Assembly: GCA_963713615.1 (NCBI GenBank)
Contig: CAVQMM010000003.1
Location: 1-51,694, forward strand
From: an uncultured Chlamydiae bacterium
GTDB taxonomy: Bacteria > Chlamydiota > Chlamydiia > Chlamydiales > JAJFMA01
Direction: 5' to 3'
Length of the DNA stretch: 51,694 nucleotides
The notes under the pieces were generated by a model, which worked only from the letters and a program-made list of their open reading frames with translations, ran no database searches and had not been told where the DNA came from. Made by a program: the position numbers and the translations under genes. Shown one piece after another: positions 1 through 10,037 of this stretch; within the stretch, counting starts at the first letter, position 1; each line of letters begins with the position of its first letter.

Positions 1-3000
1 TGTGCTCGTTAGGACTTCAGAGTCTCCTGAGCTGCTATCATTGGATAATACACCTGTGCCAACTGCTACTGTGATGGCATTATTCGTTTCTGTAGCATAG
101 CTGTCGTTTGTTGCGACTGGATTTTGGTCTGTTACCACAATGCTGACAGTAGTCGTATTGCTCAGCAGGCCATTTTCATTTTTAGCCTGATAGCTAAAAG
201 TATCGGTGCCTTGGAAATCGTGGTTTGGTGTGTAGGTGAACGAGCCATTCGTATTCAGGGTGACCACGCCATTCGTTGCTTGCGCAGTCAATGCACTCGT
301 TAAGGCTTCAAAGTCTCCTGAGTTGCTATCGTTGGATAATACACCTGTGCCTGCTGCGACTATGATAGCGCTATTCGTTTCTGTAGCATAGCTGTCGCTA
401 TTGGCTACGGGATTTTGGTCAGTAACAACGATGCTTACTGTAGCGCTATTGCTCAACTGTAGACTTGTATCGGTATCCTGATAGGTAAAGGTGTCTGTGC
501 CTGTGAAGTTTCGGCTTGGCGTATAGGTGAAGCTACCGTCAGACTGCAAATTAAAGACGCCACCATTCCCTGACGTAATGAATTCAGGAACTGCCGTGAG
601 GGTTTCCCCGTTACCATTATTGCTATCATTAATCAGAACGCCTGATGTTGCCGATACTGCAAGGACGTTATTCGTTTCTGTAGCATAGCTATCATTATTG
701 GCAAGAATCGGCAAATTGATAACCGTAATGGTTACCGTCGCTGGGGTTGTGCTTAACAATCCATTTTGATTCTCAGCATTGTATGTGAAGGTGTCTGTTC
801 CCGTAAAATTAGAAGTAGTAGGCGTATAGGTGAAGGAGCCGTTGCTATTCAAACTAACAGTACCATTGGTCGCTTGTGAAACTAATACAGCACTAAGTGT
901 CTCGCCATCCCCCGAATTGCTGTCGTTTGCTAACACACCGTTGGTTGCCGTGACGGTCAAGACACTGTTAGTTTCTACCGTATAACTATCATTATTAGCG
1001 ACTGGGGTAACATCAGTAACGGTAATAGCAGCCGTAGAAGTAGCTGTAATACCATACTGATCAGTTGCTTGGACAGAAAGACTGTAATTACTGTTAGCTA
1101 ATGATAGAGCACTGTTTACTTGGATCTGTCCGGTCGAGCTATTGATGACAAAGGCATTGCCAGTATCACCGCCAGTAATGGAGTACGTGAGTGTTCCTGC
1201 ATTAGGATCTGTATCGGTAACCGTACCTACACCAGCTCCTACAGCAGCATTAACCGGAACACTAAACGAGTCATTGGGTGCCATAATGGGTGAGAAGGTA
1301 ACGGTGATAGCAGCCGTAGACGTAGCTGTAATGCCATATTGGTCACTCGCCTGAACGGAAAGACTGTAATTGGTATCGGCCACAGTTAGCCCACTGTTTA
1401 CAGTAATTTGCCCTGTAGAACTATTGATGAGAAAGGCATTGCCCGTATCACCGCCGGTGATGGAATAAGAGAGAGTACCCCCATTAGGGTCAGTATCGGC
1501 GACAGTACCCACAGCGCTACCCACAGCTGCACTGACCGGAACATTAAATGAGTCATTGGGAGCTGTGAGGGGTGAATAGGTTGTTGTGATGGTAGCTATA
1601 GCAGAACCCTGTTCGCCATACTGGTCTGTGACAGTGATGGTTAAGCTATAGGGACTATTCGTTAAATTAAGCGGGTTGCTGACTGTGATTAGTCCTGTAG
1701 CGCTATTGATTGCAAAAGCATTGCCTGTGTCGCCTCCGGTAATGGCATAGAAGAGCGTTGGGCTAGGGTTACCATCGGTTACCGGTAGCGTACCCACTGG
1801 TATGCTTACAGCAGTGTTTACTGGAATAGTAAAGGACTCAGGAGTCACTACAGGCAACACCCCAGCATATTCAGCATTACTGTAATCAGAAGTATTGTTG
1901 TCTATTTGATTACCTGTTGAGGTTACCGTTGCTGAGATATAACTAGAAGTCGTACTGGTGGTTATCATATAGCTAAAGGCATGGGTACCAAAAGCAGTAA
2001 CAGTGTAGACATCAGTGCCAATGTAGAGCTTTCCTTGCCCTAATCCTGGACCCGCCACTGGGCTGGCGTAAAAATCGACATCATAGACGCCATTGCGAGT
2101 AAGGCCGACTAAAGTACCCGAAACCTCTATGCCACCTGCCACCAGTTGTGCGCTGGTGATATTTACCTCTCCCGATGACCCTAAGATGCCTTGGGTGGCG
2201 TTGTTATACATAGAGTTATAGCGAATGACCGCGTTATTGGTACCCACTTCGTCAATGCCATCGACAGTGTTATTGGCGATAATATTACCGGCCTGAACTG
2301 TACCGTATGTGTTTGTTGTTCCAATGTTGAATTCGTCAGTTGAATTTAGATAGATGCCAATACCATCAGGAATTGAGTTCACCCCCATAAAGCCTACACC
2401 AATGTCATTGCTTGTGATCGTAGCACCGATTCCTGCAAACACATTATCCGCGAAAATTCCCGTTGCAAAATCATCAATCACGTTGTTCTCAATGTATACG
2501 TCTTCACAAGGCCCTACATCGATCCCTATAGTATTAGTACCCATCGGCCCGGCTGCCGTGAGGCCCGTCAATGTCGTTCCAATATAGTTATTCTCAATGA
2601 CGGCATCTTGAGATGTGGCTGACATGTTGATAGCCGTATTAGCACTCCAAATCAGGTTGTATGTGACTGTTTGATCATTTGCAGTATTTGGAGTGAATAG
2701 AATGCCAGAAAGGCTTCGTGAATCTGTGGTGATTCCGTTGAGGCCAAAGCCGATGTAGTTATTATTAATCGTGATTCCGTAACTGTCTGATTCAATTTCC
2801 GCATTGGTAAAGCCACTGATAGCGAATCCTTCAATTACAGATCCTGGGTAACCAGAACCAAGGTCTATACCATCTACTGAGCCAGTGAGGTTATCACCAA
2901 CAATACTGATTAATGGTACTCCAGTGTAGGTCGTTCCTGCACCATCTTGTGTCCAGCCATCCATCATGATGGTAGTGGTAATGGTTGGCAGTGCGGTGGT

Positions 3001-6000
3001 GAGGGTAATAATCTGCTGCGACCCTGCGGTTCCAATGCGAAACTCAGAGGTTTGTTCTGAAGCTAGGGCGTTAGCATTGAGAATAAACTGCCTCAGAGAA
3101 CCTTGTCCGGAGTTATTGGTATTACTGATCTCGTCAGGACTAAACCCGAAATCTTCGCTAGTAATATTTGCTGTCGGGGTGAGAATGGCTTCTGCAATGC
3201 TTGTTGCTCCTACAGGTGAGGAACCACCCGGATTATCAGGAATAGAGGGGGTTTCTCCTCCGAAAACAGGCCCACCAGATGCTGTGAAGGTGTAGGTGGT
3301 CCCATTGTATAGAACACTTCCAGCGGGACCATAGCTTTCAACGGATACAGGTTCTGTTCCCCCTGATACCAAATTGAGATCGACGCTGAAGGTCTGCGAA
3401 TTGACGGCGACCCAATAGGTTCCTGCGGGTTCAACGAAGGTGTACTGCCCTCCAGAATTAGTCGTGGTGGTGGCTACTAAAGTGTCTGCAGCATCTGGAA
3501 TCCTATCACCATTGTCCTTATAGAGGTAGACAGTTACTGGAGTAGGACTCGCAAACGTAGAATTAGGATCGGTGCCGGCGGCATACAAATCCAGAAACAC
3601 CTTACCTGTAATCAATGGGTCAAGAGTGATGGTCACCGTGGAAGAGGCCGTAACACCAAAGCTATCCGTGGCCTTAACAGTAAGGGTGTAGGGGTTATTA
3701 GCCAGGTTGAGGGTATTAGCAACCGAAAGGCTTCCTCCAGAACTAATACTAAAGGCACTCCCTGTATTCCCACCGGTAATGGAATAAGCCAGAGTACCAC
3801 CATTTGGGTCTGTATCGGTAACAGAACCTATAACTGTACCTACTGAATCATTGCCTGGAATTTGAAAGGACTCATTTGGAGCGGTTATAGGTGAAGAGGT
3901 TGCCGTTATAGTAGTAGTAGCGGTAGTGCTCAAATTATCATTGGTGTCTGTTACCGTAACCGTCAAGTCATAAGGACTATTTGTTTCATTAAGCGCACCA
4001 GATACTGTAATTTTTCCGGTCGAGGAATTAATGCTAAAGGCACTACTTCCTGTCATCGAATAACTCAAAACAGCGCTAGGATTGTTATCAGTTACTGCTT
4101 CGGTACCTACTACAGTCCCTAGAGAATCATTTACAGGGGTGCTAAAAAATTGATTATTTACCACAGGCGGTTCTATGACCGTTTTTGCTTGGGAAAATAG
4201 TGATGTGTTTGAAGGGTTGTTCTCATTGGTGGCTGTCGCTACGACAGATGGTGGTGTCTCTCCAGTGGTAATCGTATCCATAAAGCTAGCACCACCAGAA
4301 CCATTAGTCGTTACGGTAGCCGTCCCAAAATAGTATATCGCAGCTGGAGAAGTGTAAAAATCGATATAATAGGATGTAGCGGAAGCGTCACCACTCAGGG
4401 TGCCAGTAATCTGCAATCCACCTGATATAGCTACCACGCTAGTAAGAGTCAGATTGTCATTAGGTGCTCCTATAAGGTTTGCACTTCCATTATTGTAGAA
4501 AGCGTCTTCGCGGATAGAGATTCCGGAATTTGTGCCCGTTTCATCAATGCCATAGGTAACACTGTTGTAGATGGAGTTCATACTTATAGATGGTCCACCA
4601 ATATTGACAAGACTAGATGAATGAACGAGTATGTCAATACCATTAGCAATTGATGTCATCAGGTTGTTGCTTAACCCGATATCATTTCCTGAAATGACGA
4701 TATTTGACGCTGAAGAGAGAGAAATTCCCGTTGCCCAATCAGCAATGGTGTTGTCGGTGATATCAGTAACGGAAGTAACACCCGATATCAATACACCGGT
4801 GGTACTTGCACCCCTCGTTCCAGCAGCCTGATCGCCAGTATATGTCGTTCCAATGAGGTTTGAGAGGATCACCGCGCTGCCTCCCGTCATATCGATGCCG
4901 GTACCAGCACTCCAAACCACGTTTTCTTCTACATGATCACCTGTTCCACTACTAATGAGGATACCATTGCTACTTTGAGAATTGGCAGTTGTGCCATTAA
5001 GCTCCAAGCCAATATAGTTATATTCAATGGTAGCATTATTACCTGCTGTTGCAATCTCTGAGCTGGAAAATCCACTGATGGAAAATTCTAAGACCATGCT
5101 ATTTGTTGCTGTGGAAGTGATGTCGATGCCATTTCCTGAACCAGCGCTGTTACCAATGATACTGATTAATGGAGCTCCAGAGTCGCCTGCGCCACCCTGG
5201 GTATAGCCATTCAAGGTTACTGCATCGGTGACATTTGGCAATATACTGCTAAGGCTAATCGTTTGCGACGACCCCACTGTCCCAATGTGAAACTCGCTGG
5301 CTTGTGTTCCTTTGAGGTCGTTGCTATTATCGATGAATTGCGCCAGGGAACCTTGCGAGGAATTGTTCGTATTAACGATGGCACTAAAGCTAAACCCAAA
5401 GTTTTCATTAGTGATATTTGAAGAACTGACAACAACATCAGCAATGCTTGTTGCACCTACTGGGGATGAACCACCGGGAGCATCCGGTGTAGATGGCGTT
5501 TCTCCTCCAAAGACGGCCCCAGCAGAGCTTGTAAAGGTATATGAGCTTCCGTTGTACAGAACACTTCCGGCAGGACCATAAGTTTCCGTCGCCCAAGGTG
5601 TTCCCGCCCCAGTATTTAAACCCTCAGAAGGCGTAACAGAGATCGACTTGACAACAACAAAATAGTCTCCAGGCGTAACGTTGTTAAACGTATAAACCTG
5701 GGATCCCGAAGTTAGCGTCGTCGTCACTGTCTGCACGAGCGGATCATTAGAAGCTGGAATTCCAGTACTATTAACATCTTGATAGAGGTAGACGGTGACA
5801 GCACTCGGTGGTGTTGTTGCACCAGTCATCGTTCCAGTGGCATTAGGGTCTTCAAAAACCGTACCCGAAATGCTGACACCTGTCAGCTCGCCAGTCCACT
5901 GACTCAGGGCCGTGGGATTAAAATAGAGATTAGTGACATTCACACCGCCATAGGACAAGTACCAGCTCCCTCCCCCCGCTGGGTTACCTACCAGCCCAGT

Positions 6001-6684
6001 TGAAGCAGCCAGTGTGATGTTGCTATGACCATCCTGGTTTGTATTTAGCATTGTGTCGACCTGTGTCAGCTCGGTCGTATTCCCCTGAGCTACAAAGCAG
6101 GCCAGCAGGTCGACTTGACCGCCTGTTTGAACCATATTGCCGATCTCTTGCCAAAATTGCTGCAAAGCGACATTAGAAGCCATCGTATTGGCGTCAACAG
6201 TGACATTCTGAGTGAGTACAAATTGACCAGCCTCGCCATGACTGGCAAATCCGATGCTACTGGCTGTGCGTCCATTCAAAGCAGCTGAAATAGAGTTGCT
6301 AATATCCGCCAAGGTAGCTGTCTGTTCATTATAAGTGACGACGACAGTATCCTTATTCACCGCAGCAATAAACTGCTGCAAATTAGGAATATCCGATGCA
6401 ACGACCAGCACGTTCACGGGCTGATGCGCATGAGAATGTGGGTCGGAATGAGACTCGCCACCAGAGTTTGTCGCTGTTGCATTTGGAGAAGGGATTGCCT
6501 TTTGATGAGATACTGGCACTGACTCATGACTGGAATTGCTTGTATCTGATATTGCCAAAGGAGCGGGCGCAGCAGTATCACCCGCAGATTGGCCCAATGC
6601 ATCGTGGTGCGCATGAGCCACTATCGCCGCTATGCTAGCATCAAATAGCAAGCGTTGGTCTAAAGGGATAAATCTAAACAGCAT
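1..6684 (-). CDS. Giant adhesin-like protein, 3' end outside the window (>=2228 aa): LEPR-XLL motif, DUF4347, two SdrD-B-like/beta-helix modules, cadherin-like and Ig-like (Big_9/tandem-95) repeats
   Basis: Hand translation from ATG 6684 gives MLFRFIPLDQRLLFDAS..., then VLVVASDIPNLQQF, IGFASHGEAGQF, DLLACFVA and AASTGLVGNPAGGGSWYL (DUF4347-like), later NTNNSGQGSLRQFILNAN, and GVLSNDSSSGDSEVLTST at the window edge. The same frame was checked at 6684, 6000 and 1-54. It is probably missing from the ORF track because its stop lies outside the window. Confidence 0.88.
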   Translation of the reverse strand, partial: MLFRFIPLDQRLLFDASIAAIVAHAHHDALGQSAGDTAAPAPLAISDTSNSSHESVPVSHQKAIPSPNATATNSGGESHSDPHSHAHQPVNVLVVASDIPNLQQFIAAVNKDTVVVTYNEQTATLADISNSISAALNGRTASSIGFASHGEAGQFVLTQNVTVDANTMASNVALQQFWQEIGNMVQTGGQVDLLACFVAQGNTTELTQVDTMLNTNQDGHSNITLAASTGLVGNPAGGGSWYLSYGGVNVTNLYFNPTALSQWTGELTGVSISGTVFEDPNATGTMTGATTPPSAVTVYLYQDVNSTGIPASNDPLVQTVTTTLTSGSQVYTFNNVTPGDYFVVVKSISVTPSEGLNTGAGTPWATETYGPAGSVLYNGSSYTFTSSAGAVFGGETPSTPDAPGGSSPVGATSIADVVVSSSNITNENFGFSFSAIVNTNNSSQGSLAQFIDNSNDLKGTQASEFHIGTVGSSQTISLSSILPNVTDAVTLNGYTQGGAGDSGAPLISIIGNSAGSGNGIDITSTATNSMVLEFSISGFSSSEIATAGNNATIEYNYIGLELNGTTANSQSSNGILISSGTGDHVEENVVWSAGTGIDMTGGSAVILSNLIGTTYTGDQAAGTRGASTTGVLISGVTSVTDITDNTIADWATGISLSSASNIVISGNDIGLSNNLMTSIANGIDILVHSSSLVNIGGPSISMNSIYNSVTYGIDETGTNSGISIREDAFYNNGSANLIGAPNDNLTLTSVVAISGGLQITGTLSGDASATSYYIDFYTSPAAIYYFGTATVTTNGSGGASFMDTITTGETPPSVVATATNENNPSNTSLFSQAKTVIEPPVVNNQFFSTPVNDSLGTVVGTEAVTDNNPSAVLSYSMTGSSAFSINSSTGKITVSGALNETNSPYDLTVTVTDTNDNLSTTATTTITATSSPITAPNESFQIPGNDSVGTVIGSVTDTDPNGGTLAYSITGGNTGSAFSISSGGSLSVANTLNLANNPYTLTVKATDSFGVTASSTVTITLDPLITGKVFLDLYAAGTDPNSTFASPTPVTVYLYKDNGDRIPDAADTLVATTTTNSGGQYTFVEPAGTYWVAVNSQTFSVDLNLVSGGTEPVSVESYGPAGSVLYNGTTYTFTASGGPVFGGETPSIPDNPGGSSPVGATSIAEAILTPTANITSEDFGFSPDEISNTNNSGQGSLRQFILNANALASEQTSEFRIGTAGSQQIITLTTALPTITTTIMMDGWTQDGAGTTYTGVPLISIVGDNLTGSVDGIDLGSGYPGSVIEGFAISGFTNAEIESDSYGITINNNYIGFGLNGITTDSRSLSGILFTPNTANDQTVTYNLIWSANTAINMSATSQDAVIENNYIGTTLTGLTAAGPMGTNTIGIDVGPCEDVYIENNVIDDFATGIFADNVFAGIGATITSNDIGVGFMGVNSIPDGIGIYLNSTDEFNIGTTNTYGTVQAGNIIANNTVDGIDEVGTNNAVIRYNSMYNNATQGILGSSGEVNITSAQLVAGGIEVSGTLVGLTRNGVYDVDFYASPVAGPGLGQGKLYIGTDVYTVTAFGTHAFSYMITTSTTSSYISATVTSTGNQIDNNTSDYSNAEYAGVLPVVTPESFTIPVNTAVSIPVGTLPVTDGNPSPTLFYAITGGDTGNAFAINSATGLITVSNPLNLTNSPYSLTITVTDQYGEQGSAIATITTTYSPLTAPNDSFNVPVSAAVGSAVGTVADTDPNGGTLSYSITGGDTGNAFLINSSTGQITVNSGLTVADTNYSLSVQASDQYGITATSTAAITVTFSPIMAPNDSFSVPVNAAVGAGVGTVTDTDPNAGTLTYSITGGDTGNAFVINSSTGQIQVNSALSLANSNYSLSVQATDQYGITATSTAAITVTDVTPVANNDSYTVETNSVLTVTATNGVLANDSNSGDGETLSAVLVSQATNGTVSLNSNGSFTYTPTTSNFTGTDTFTYNAENQNGLLSTTPATVTITVINLPILANNDSYATETNNVLAVSATSGVLINDSNNGNGETLTAVPEFITSGNGGVFNLQSDGSFTYTPSRNFTGTDTFTYQDTDTSLQLSNSATVSIVVTDQNPVANSDSYATETNSAIIVAAGTGVLSNDSNSGDFEALTSALTAQATNGVVTLNTNGSFTYTPNHDFQGTDTFSYQAKNENGLLSNTTTVSIVVTDQNPVATNDSYATETNNAITVAVGTGVLSNDSSSGDSEVLTST

Positions 6685-6951
6685 AATTACCCACCTCGCC
6701 GCTACAATAAACCACAACAGACATTAAAAAATAATTATAAGCTATAAAACAAATTATAGCACAAAACTAATAATCATTTTCATATTGTCTGTAAAATAAA
6801 TATATTGCACGTTATTATGTAATGAAAATAAAAGAAGAGACAGTTCTTTTTACCAAATGGACGTAAGGACTTAAATGTTAGCTAAATAACACGCGCGCAG
6901 CGCTCTGAAGACTCTGAAGTGCGATCGCTTGCGACCCAAGTAACTCAAAAG

Positions 6952-7111
6952 GGCCTTGTTCACCTTTACGGTCAGAATTTCGGTCGGACGAAAAAGGTCG
7001 GATGTCGTGGTTTGTGACGAGGGCATAGCGCCAGCTATGTCCGAGGAGCAAAACGCGACAGACGATCCTTTTGCAGTCGACCGAAAACTGACCGCAAAGG
7101 TGAATAAGGCC
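6952..7111 (+). mobile_element. 160-bp MITE (family A), copy 1
   Basis: 24-bp TIR GGCCTTRTTCACCTTTRCGGTCAG; 8-bp TSD CTCAAAAG at 6944-6951 and 7112-7119. Confidence 0.93.
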
Positions 7112-7139
7112 CTCAAAAGGTTGACTGGCGCGATTTCCT

Positions 7140-7275
7140 CTGTGGCGGAGTCATTCCATGACTGCGGAGGACGGTTGAAACAGATTCCGTTTGCTTCACG
7201 TAAAACGTTGCTTTCCACGTCTCCACAGTCGCAACGGATTGGTCCATCCGCAGTCATGGAATGACTGCGCCACAG
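7140..7275. repeat. REPIN-like inverted pair of GTGG-type REP (family B)
   Basis: 29-bp arms at 7140-7168 and 7247-7275 (1 mismatch), consensus GTGG-CGCAGTCA-TTCCA-TGACTGCG, 78-bp spacer. Confidence 0.8.
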
Positions 7276-7335
7276 GGGTCCGCCACGATGGTTTGTGTAA
7301 ACAGAAAACACCAATGTTCCTCAACTTAAGAGGTT

Positions 7336-7569
7336 TTATTGGTCGTCCACTGCAGGATGAACACGCGCAATAAGATCTGGCCCTTCTTCTTCAACAAGAG
7401 CTGTAGCTTCTGAAGTAACCTCTTGGTTAGCCTGCATCGCCTTGCCATTTAAAACAGTAGCCTTAAAACGTCTTTTGCCTAAAGGCTTCTGATTTTTTAA
7501 GCAGCAATGCTTATATTTCTTCCCCGAATTACAAGGACAAGGGTCGTTTCTACCTATTTTCTCTGCCAT
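7336..7569 (-). CDS. SEC-C (SecA C-terminal Zn-binding motif) domain protein
   Basis: [23 protein letters not shown] motif; start placed at ATG 7569. Confidence 0.85.
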   Translation of the reverse strand: MAEKIGRNDPCPCNSGKKYKHCCLKNQKPLGKRRFKATVLNGKAMQANQEVTSEATALVEEEGPDLIARVHPAVDDQ

Positions 7570-7660
7570 AAGGCCTCTGACTAAATTAGAATGTTTTCGC
7601 TTGTGTAAGAAGAGATTATAGCCTATGCTATACCTTTTAATAAAGAAAAACGTACGCTTA

Positions 7661-8458
7661 ATGGAAATTCGGATCGCTCGACCACCTTGGACCCCTTTGG
7701 GACGTCGATTGGAGAGCGTGATGCGCAAAGCTCTTCATGAGTTTGACATGCTTTCCGGCATCACACGGATAGCGGTGGCGCTCAGCGGAGGCAAAGATAG
7801 CCTCTCACTCCTATTTCTCCTCAAAGCCATCTCCGGTCATGGTTTTCCAAATCTAGAAATTCATGCCATTCACGTAGGCGGTACCTTTACCTGCGGTGCA
7901 GGAGTACACATCCCTTATCTTCAAGAAGTTTGCAACCAACTCGACATCAATTTTATTGTTCGCGAATCCCATCAAGAACTCGAGACTCTGGAATGCTACA
8001 GCTGCTCTCGAGAAAGGCGGCGCCTCTTGTTCCAAGCTGCTAGAGAAGTCAATGTAGATACGATTGCATTTGGCCATCACCGCGATGATAATGCTCAAAC
8101 CGTTTTGATGAACCTCTTTCACAAGGGTTCATTTGAAGGGATACAGCCCAAAATCACCATGCACGCCTATGGGGTGACTATTTTGCGACCCCTGATCTAT
8201 GCGACCGAAGCAGATATCCGTAAATTCGCCGAACAACAGGGTTTTGCGCGCATCATGTGTCGCTGCCCGGTAGGCCAAAATTCCATGCGCAAGCAGGTCG
8301 ACGAATTGTTAGAAAAAATCGAAAACATGTACCCGCATGCACGCAGTAATGTCGCCAATGCAGGCCTACGATTAGGCACTCGCAAGGCGCTCGATAAACC
8401 AACCAAAATTCTCTCCGGTGGGCGATTGGACATTGAGGGGCATGAAAATCTAATCTAG
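7661..8458 (+). CDS. ttcA: tRNA 2-thiocytidine(32) synthetase TtcA (PP-loop family)
   Basis: SGGKDS PP-loop, CYSC, GHHRDD, LRPL and CRCP motifs; start placed at ATG 7661. Confidence 0.88.
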   Translation: MEIRIARPPWTPLGRRLESVMRKALHEFDMLSGITRIAVALSGGKDSLSLLFLLKAISGHGFPNLEIHAIHVGGTFTCGAGVHIPYLQEVCNQLDINFIVRESHQELETLECYSCSRERRRLLFQAAREVNVDTIAFGHHRDDNAQTVLMNLFHKGSFEGIQPKITMHAYGVTILRPLIYATEADIRKFAEQQGFARIMCRCPVGQNSMRKQVDELLEKIENMYPHARSNVANAGLRLGTRKALDKPTKILSGGRLDIEGHENLI

Positions 8459-8767
8459 AGGGAGGGTGCGAGTCTGCACCTTTTTGATAGCAACGTTAGA
8501 AACTAGACTAGCAAATTCCTCCGGTGAAAGATATTCAGAAAAAGTGCTTGCTGCCCTAAAAACGGACTTTGGTGTGGAATGAAGCGCAATATCTACGCAA
8601 GCTTGAGCAAACGAGTGTACGGAATACCCCTTATGCTGAATGATGGTTTGGACCATATCCCTCATCAGCCCTCGATAGGCAACGCTAGCACTCAACATCT
8701 TTTGCAATAGTACACTACTGTTAAATGCTATTTTTATTTTAGCGACTACAGAGGCATGCAGCAACAT
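8450..8767 (-). CDS. Hypothetical protein, possibly the 3' remnant of a degraded gene
   Basis: 105-aa ORF directly downstream of MITE copy 2; no recognisable motif. Confidence 0.35.
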   Translation of the reverse strand: MLLHASVVAKIKIAFNSSVLLQKMLSASVAYRGLMRDMVQTIIQHKGYSVHSFAQACVDIALHSTPKSVFRAASTFSEYLSPEEFASLVSNVAIKKVQTRTLPLD

Positions 8768-8787
8768 CCGCCTGAGGTCGGATTATG

Positions 8788-8947
8788 GGCCTTGTTCACC
8801 TTTACGGTCAGAATTTCGGTCGGACGAAAAAGGTCGGATGTCGTGGTTTGTGACGAGGGCATAGCGCCAGCTATGTCCGAGGAGCAAAACGCGACAGACG
8901 ATCCTTTTGCAGTCGACCGAAAACTGACCGCAAAGGTGAATAAGGCC
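8788..8947 (+). mobile_element. 160-bp MITE (family A), copy 2
   Basis: Same sequence as copy 1; TSD GGATTATG at 8780-8787 and 8948-8955. Confidence 0.93.
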
Positions 8948-9177
8948 GGATTATGCGTAGGACTTCGACTATGACTTCCCACTGACGTTCTGAACTCACT
9001 TCACAAATGGCACGATAGAGGCGATGTACTTGTCGCATGGCTTCTGGGTGTACTGACCCATAATCCCGTGACCCATAATGCGCCAGCCAACTTTTGAGTT
9101 ACTATTCCATGACTACCTTCCTCCTTCATCGTTAATCGCTCATAACGTATACTGATTCCTTAAACAAGGAAAGGGCC

Positions 9178-10029
9178 ATGAACGAAAAATACGAACATGA
9201 AAGCAAAATCAATATTCAAGGTGTCGAAATCGCTCTAGGCTTTCCCGATGAGCTAGGCTTCGAGTGGATCGGCCAGCGCGATGTCATGGACCAACTTCTC
9301 GCCGCATGGCTTGTCATCGACAAGGACGACCTCCCTCTTAATCCCCGTCTCATCGGTAAGCCTGGTGTGGGTAAAACAACCCTCGCTTATGCAGCCTCCA
9401 AGAAGATCGGTAAAGATGTCTACATCTTCCAATGCACCATGGATACGCGTCCCGAAGACCTCCTCATCACTCCTGTCATCGACCAAAACGGCGGTATTCG
9501 CTATGTTGCCTCTGCCCTGGTAACGGCGATGATCCGTGGTGGTGTATGTATCCTGGATGAAGCTAACCGCATGAGCGAAAAGTCCTGGGCTTCGCTAGCA
9601 CCCTTGCTAGATACCCGTCGCTATATCGAGTCTATTGTAGCGGGCCTTAAGATCAAAGCTAACGAAGAGTTTCGCATCTGTGTAACGATGAATGACGATG
9701 CCTCTACGTTTGAGATTCCGGAATATATCCACAGCCGTCTCCAACCCCAAATCTACCTCGACTTCCCAGAGGCTGAAGAAGAACGCCGCATCCTACGCGA
9801 AAACCTACCTTTCGTTGATGAACACATCATGAGTTACGTGGTGAACTTCCTGCAACGTGCCCATACGGCTAACGAAAATTACACCATTCGCGACGGCATC
9901 AACATTGCGCGTTATGCCGCTAAGCGCATCAAGAGCCTAAACACTACCGATCCAAGGAATATTGAAAACCTCCTACGCCAAGCTATCGTGATGACCCTAG
10001 GTGATGAAGCCCTTGCGCACGTCCTATAA
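9178..10029 (+). CDS. MoxR/AAA_5-type AAA+ ATPase
   Basis: Walker A GKPGVGKT, Walker B CILDEANR, sensor-1 VTMN, HSRL arginine-finger region; purine-rich RBS upstream. Confidence 0.88.
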   Translation: MNEKYEHESKINIQGVEIALGFPDELGFEWIGQRDVMDQLLAAWLVIDKDDLPLNPRLIGKPGVGKTTLAYAASKKIGKDVYIFQCTMDTRPEDLLITPVIDQNGGIRYVASALVTAMIRGGVCILDEANRMSEKSWASLAPLLDTRRYIESIVAGLKIKANEEFRICVTMNDDASTFEIPEYIHSRLQPQIYLDFPEAEEERRILRENLPFVDEHIMSYVVNFLQRAHTANENYTIRDGINIARYAAKRIKSLNTTDPRNIENLLRQAIVMTLGDEALAHVL

Positions 10030-10037
10030 CGGTATCT

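Noticed and set aside
1142..6638. Small ORFs listed over the left 6.7 kb
   Set aside because: All overlap the long minus-strand adhesin frame, either antisense or out of frame
6871..7373. ORFs spanning MITE A (also 8746-8982, 29405-29777, 35712-36149)
   Set aside because: They arise from the stop-free frames of the repeat and have unrelated flanks in each copy; no transposase motifs
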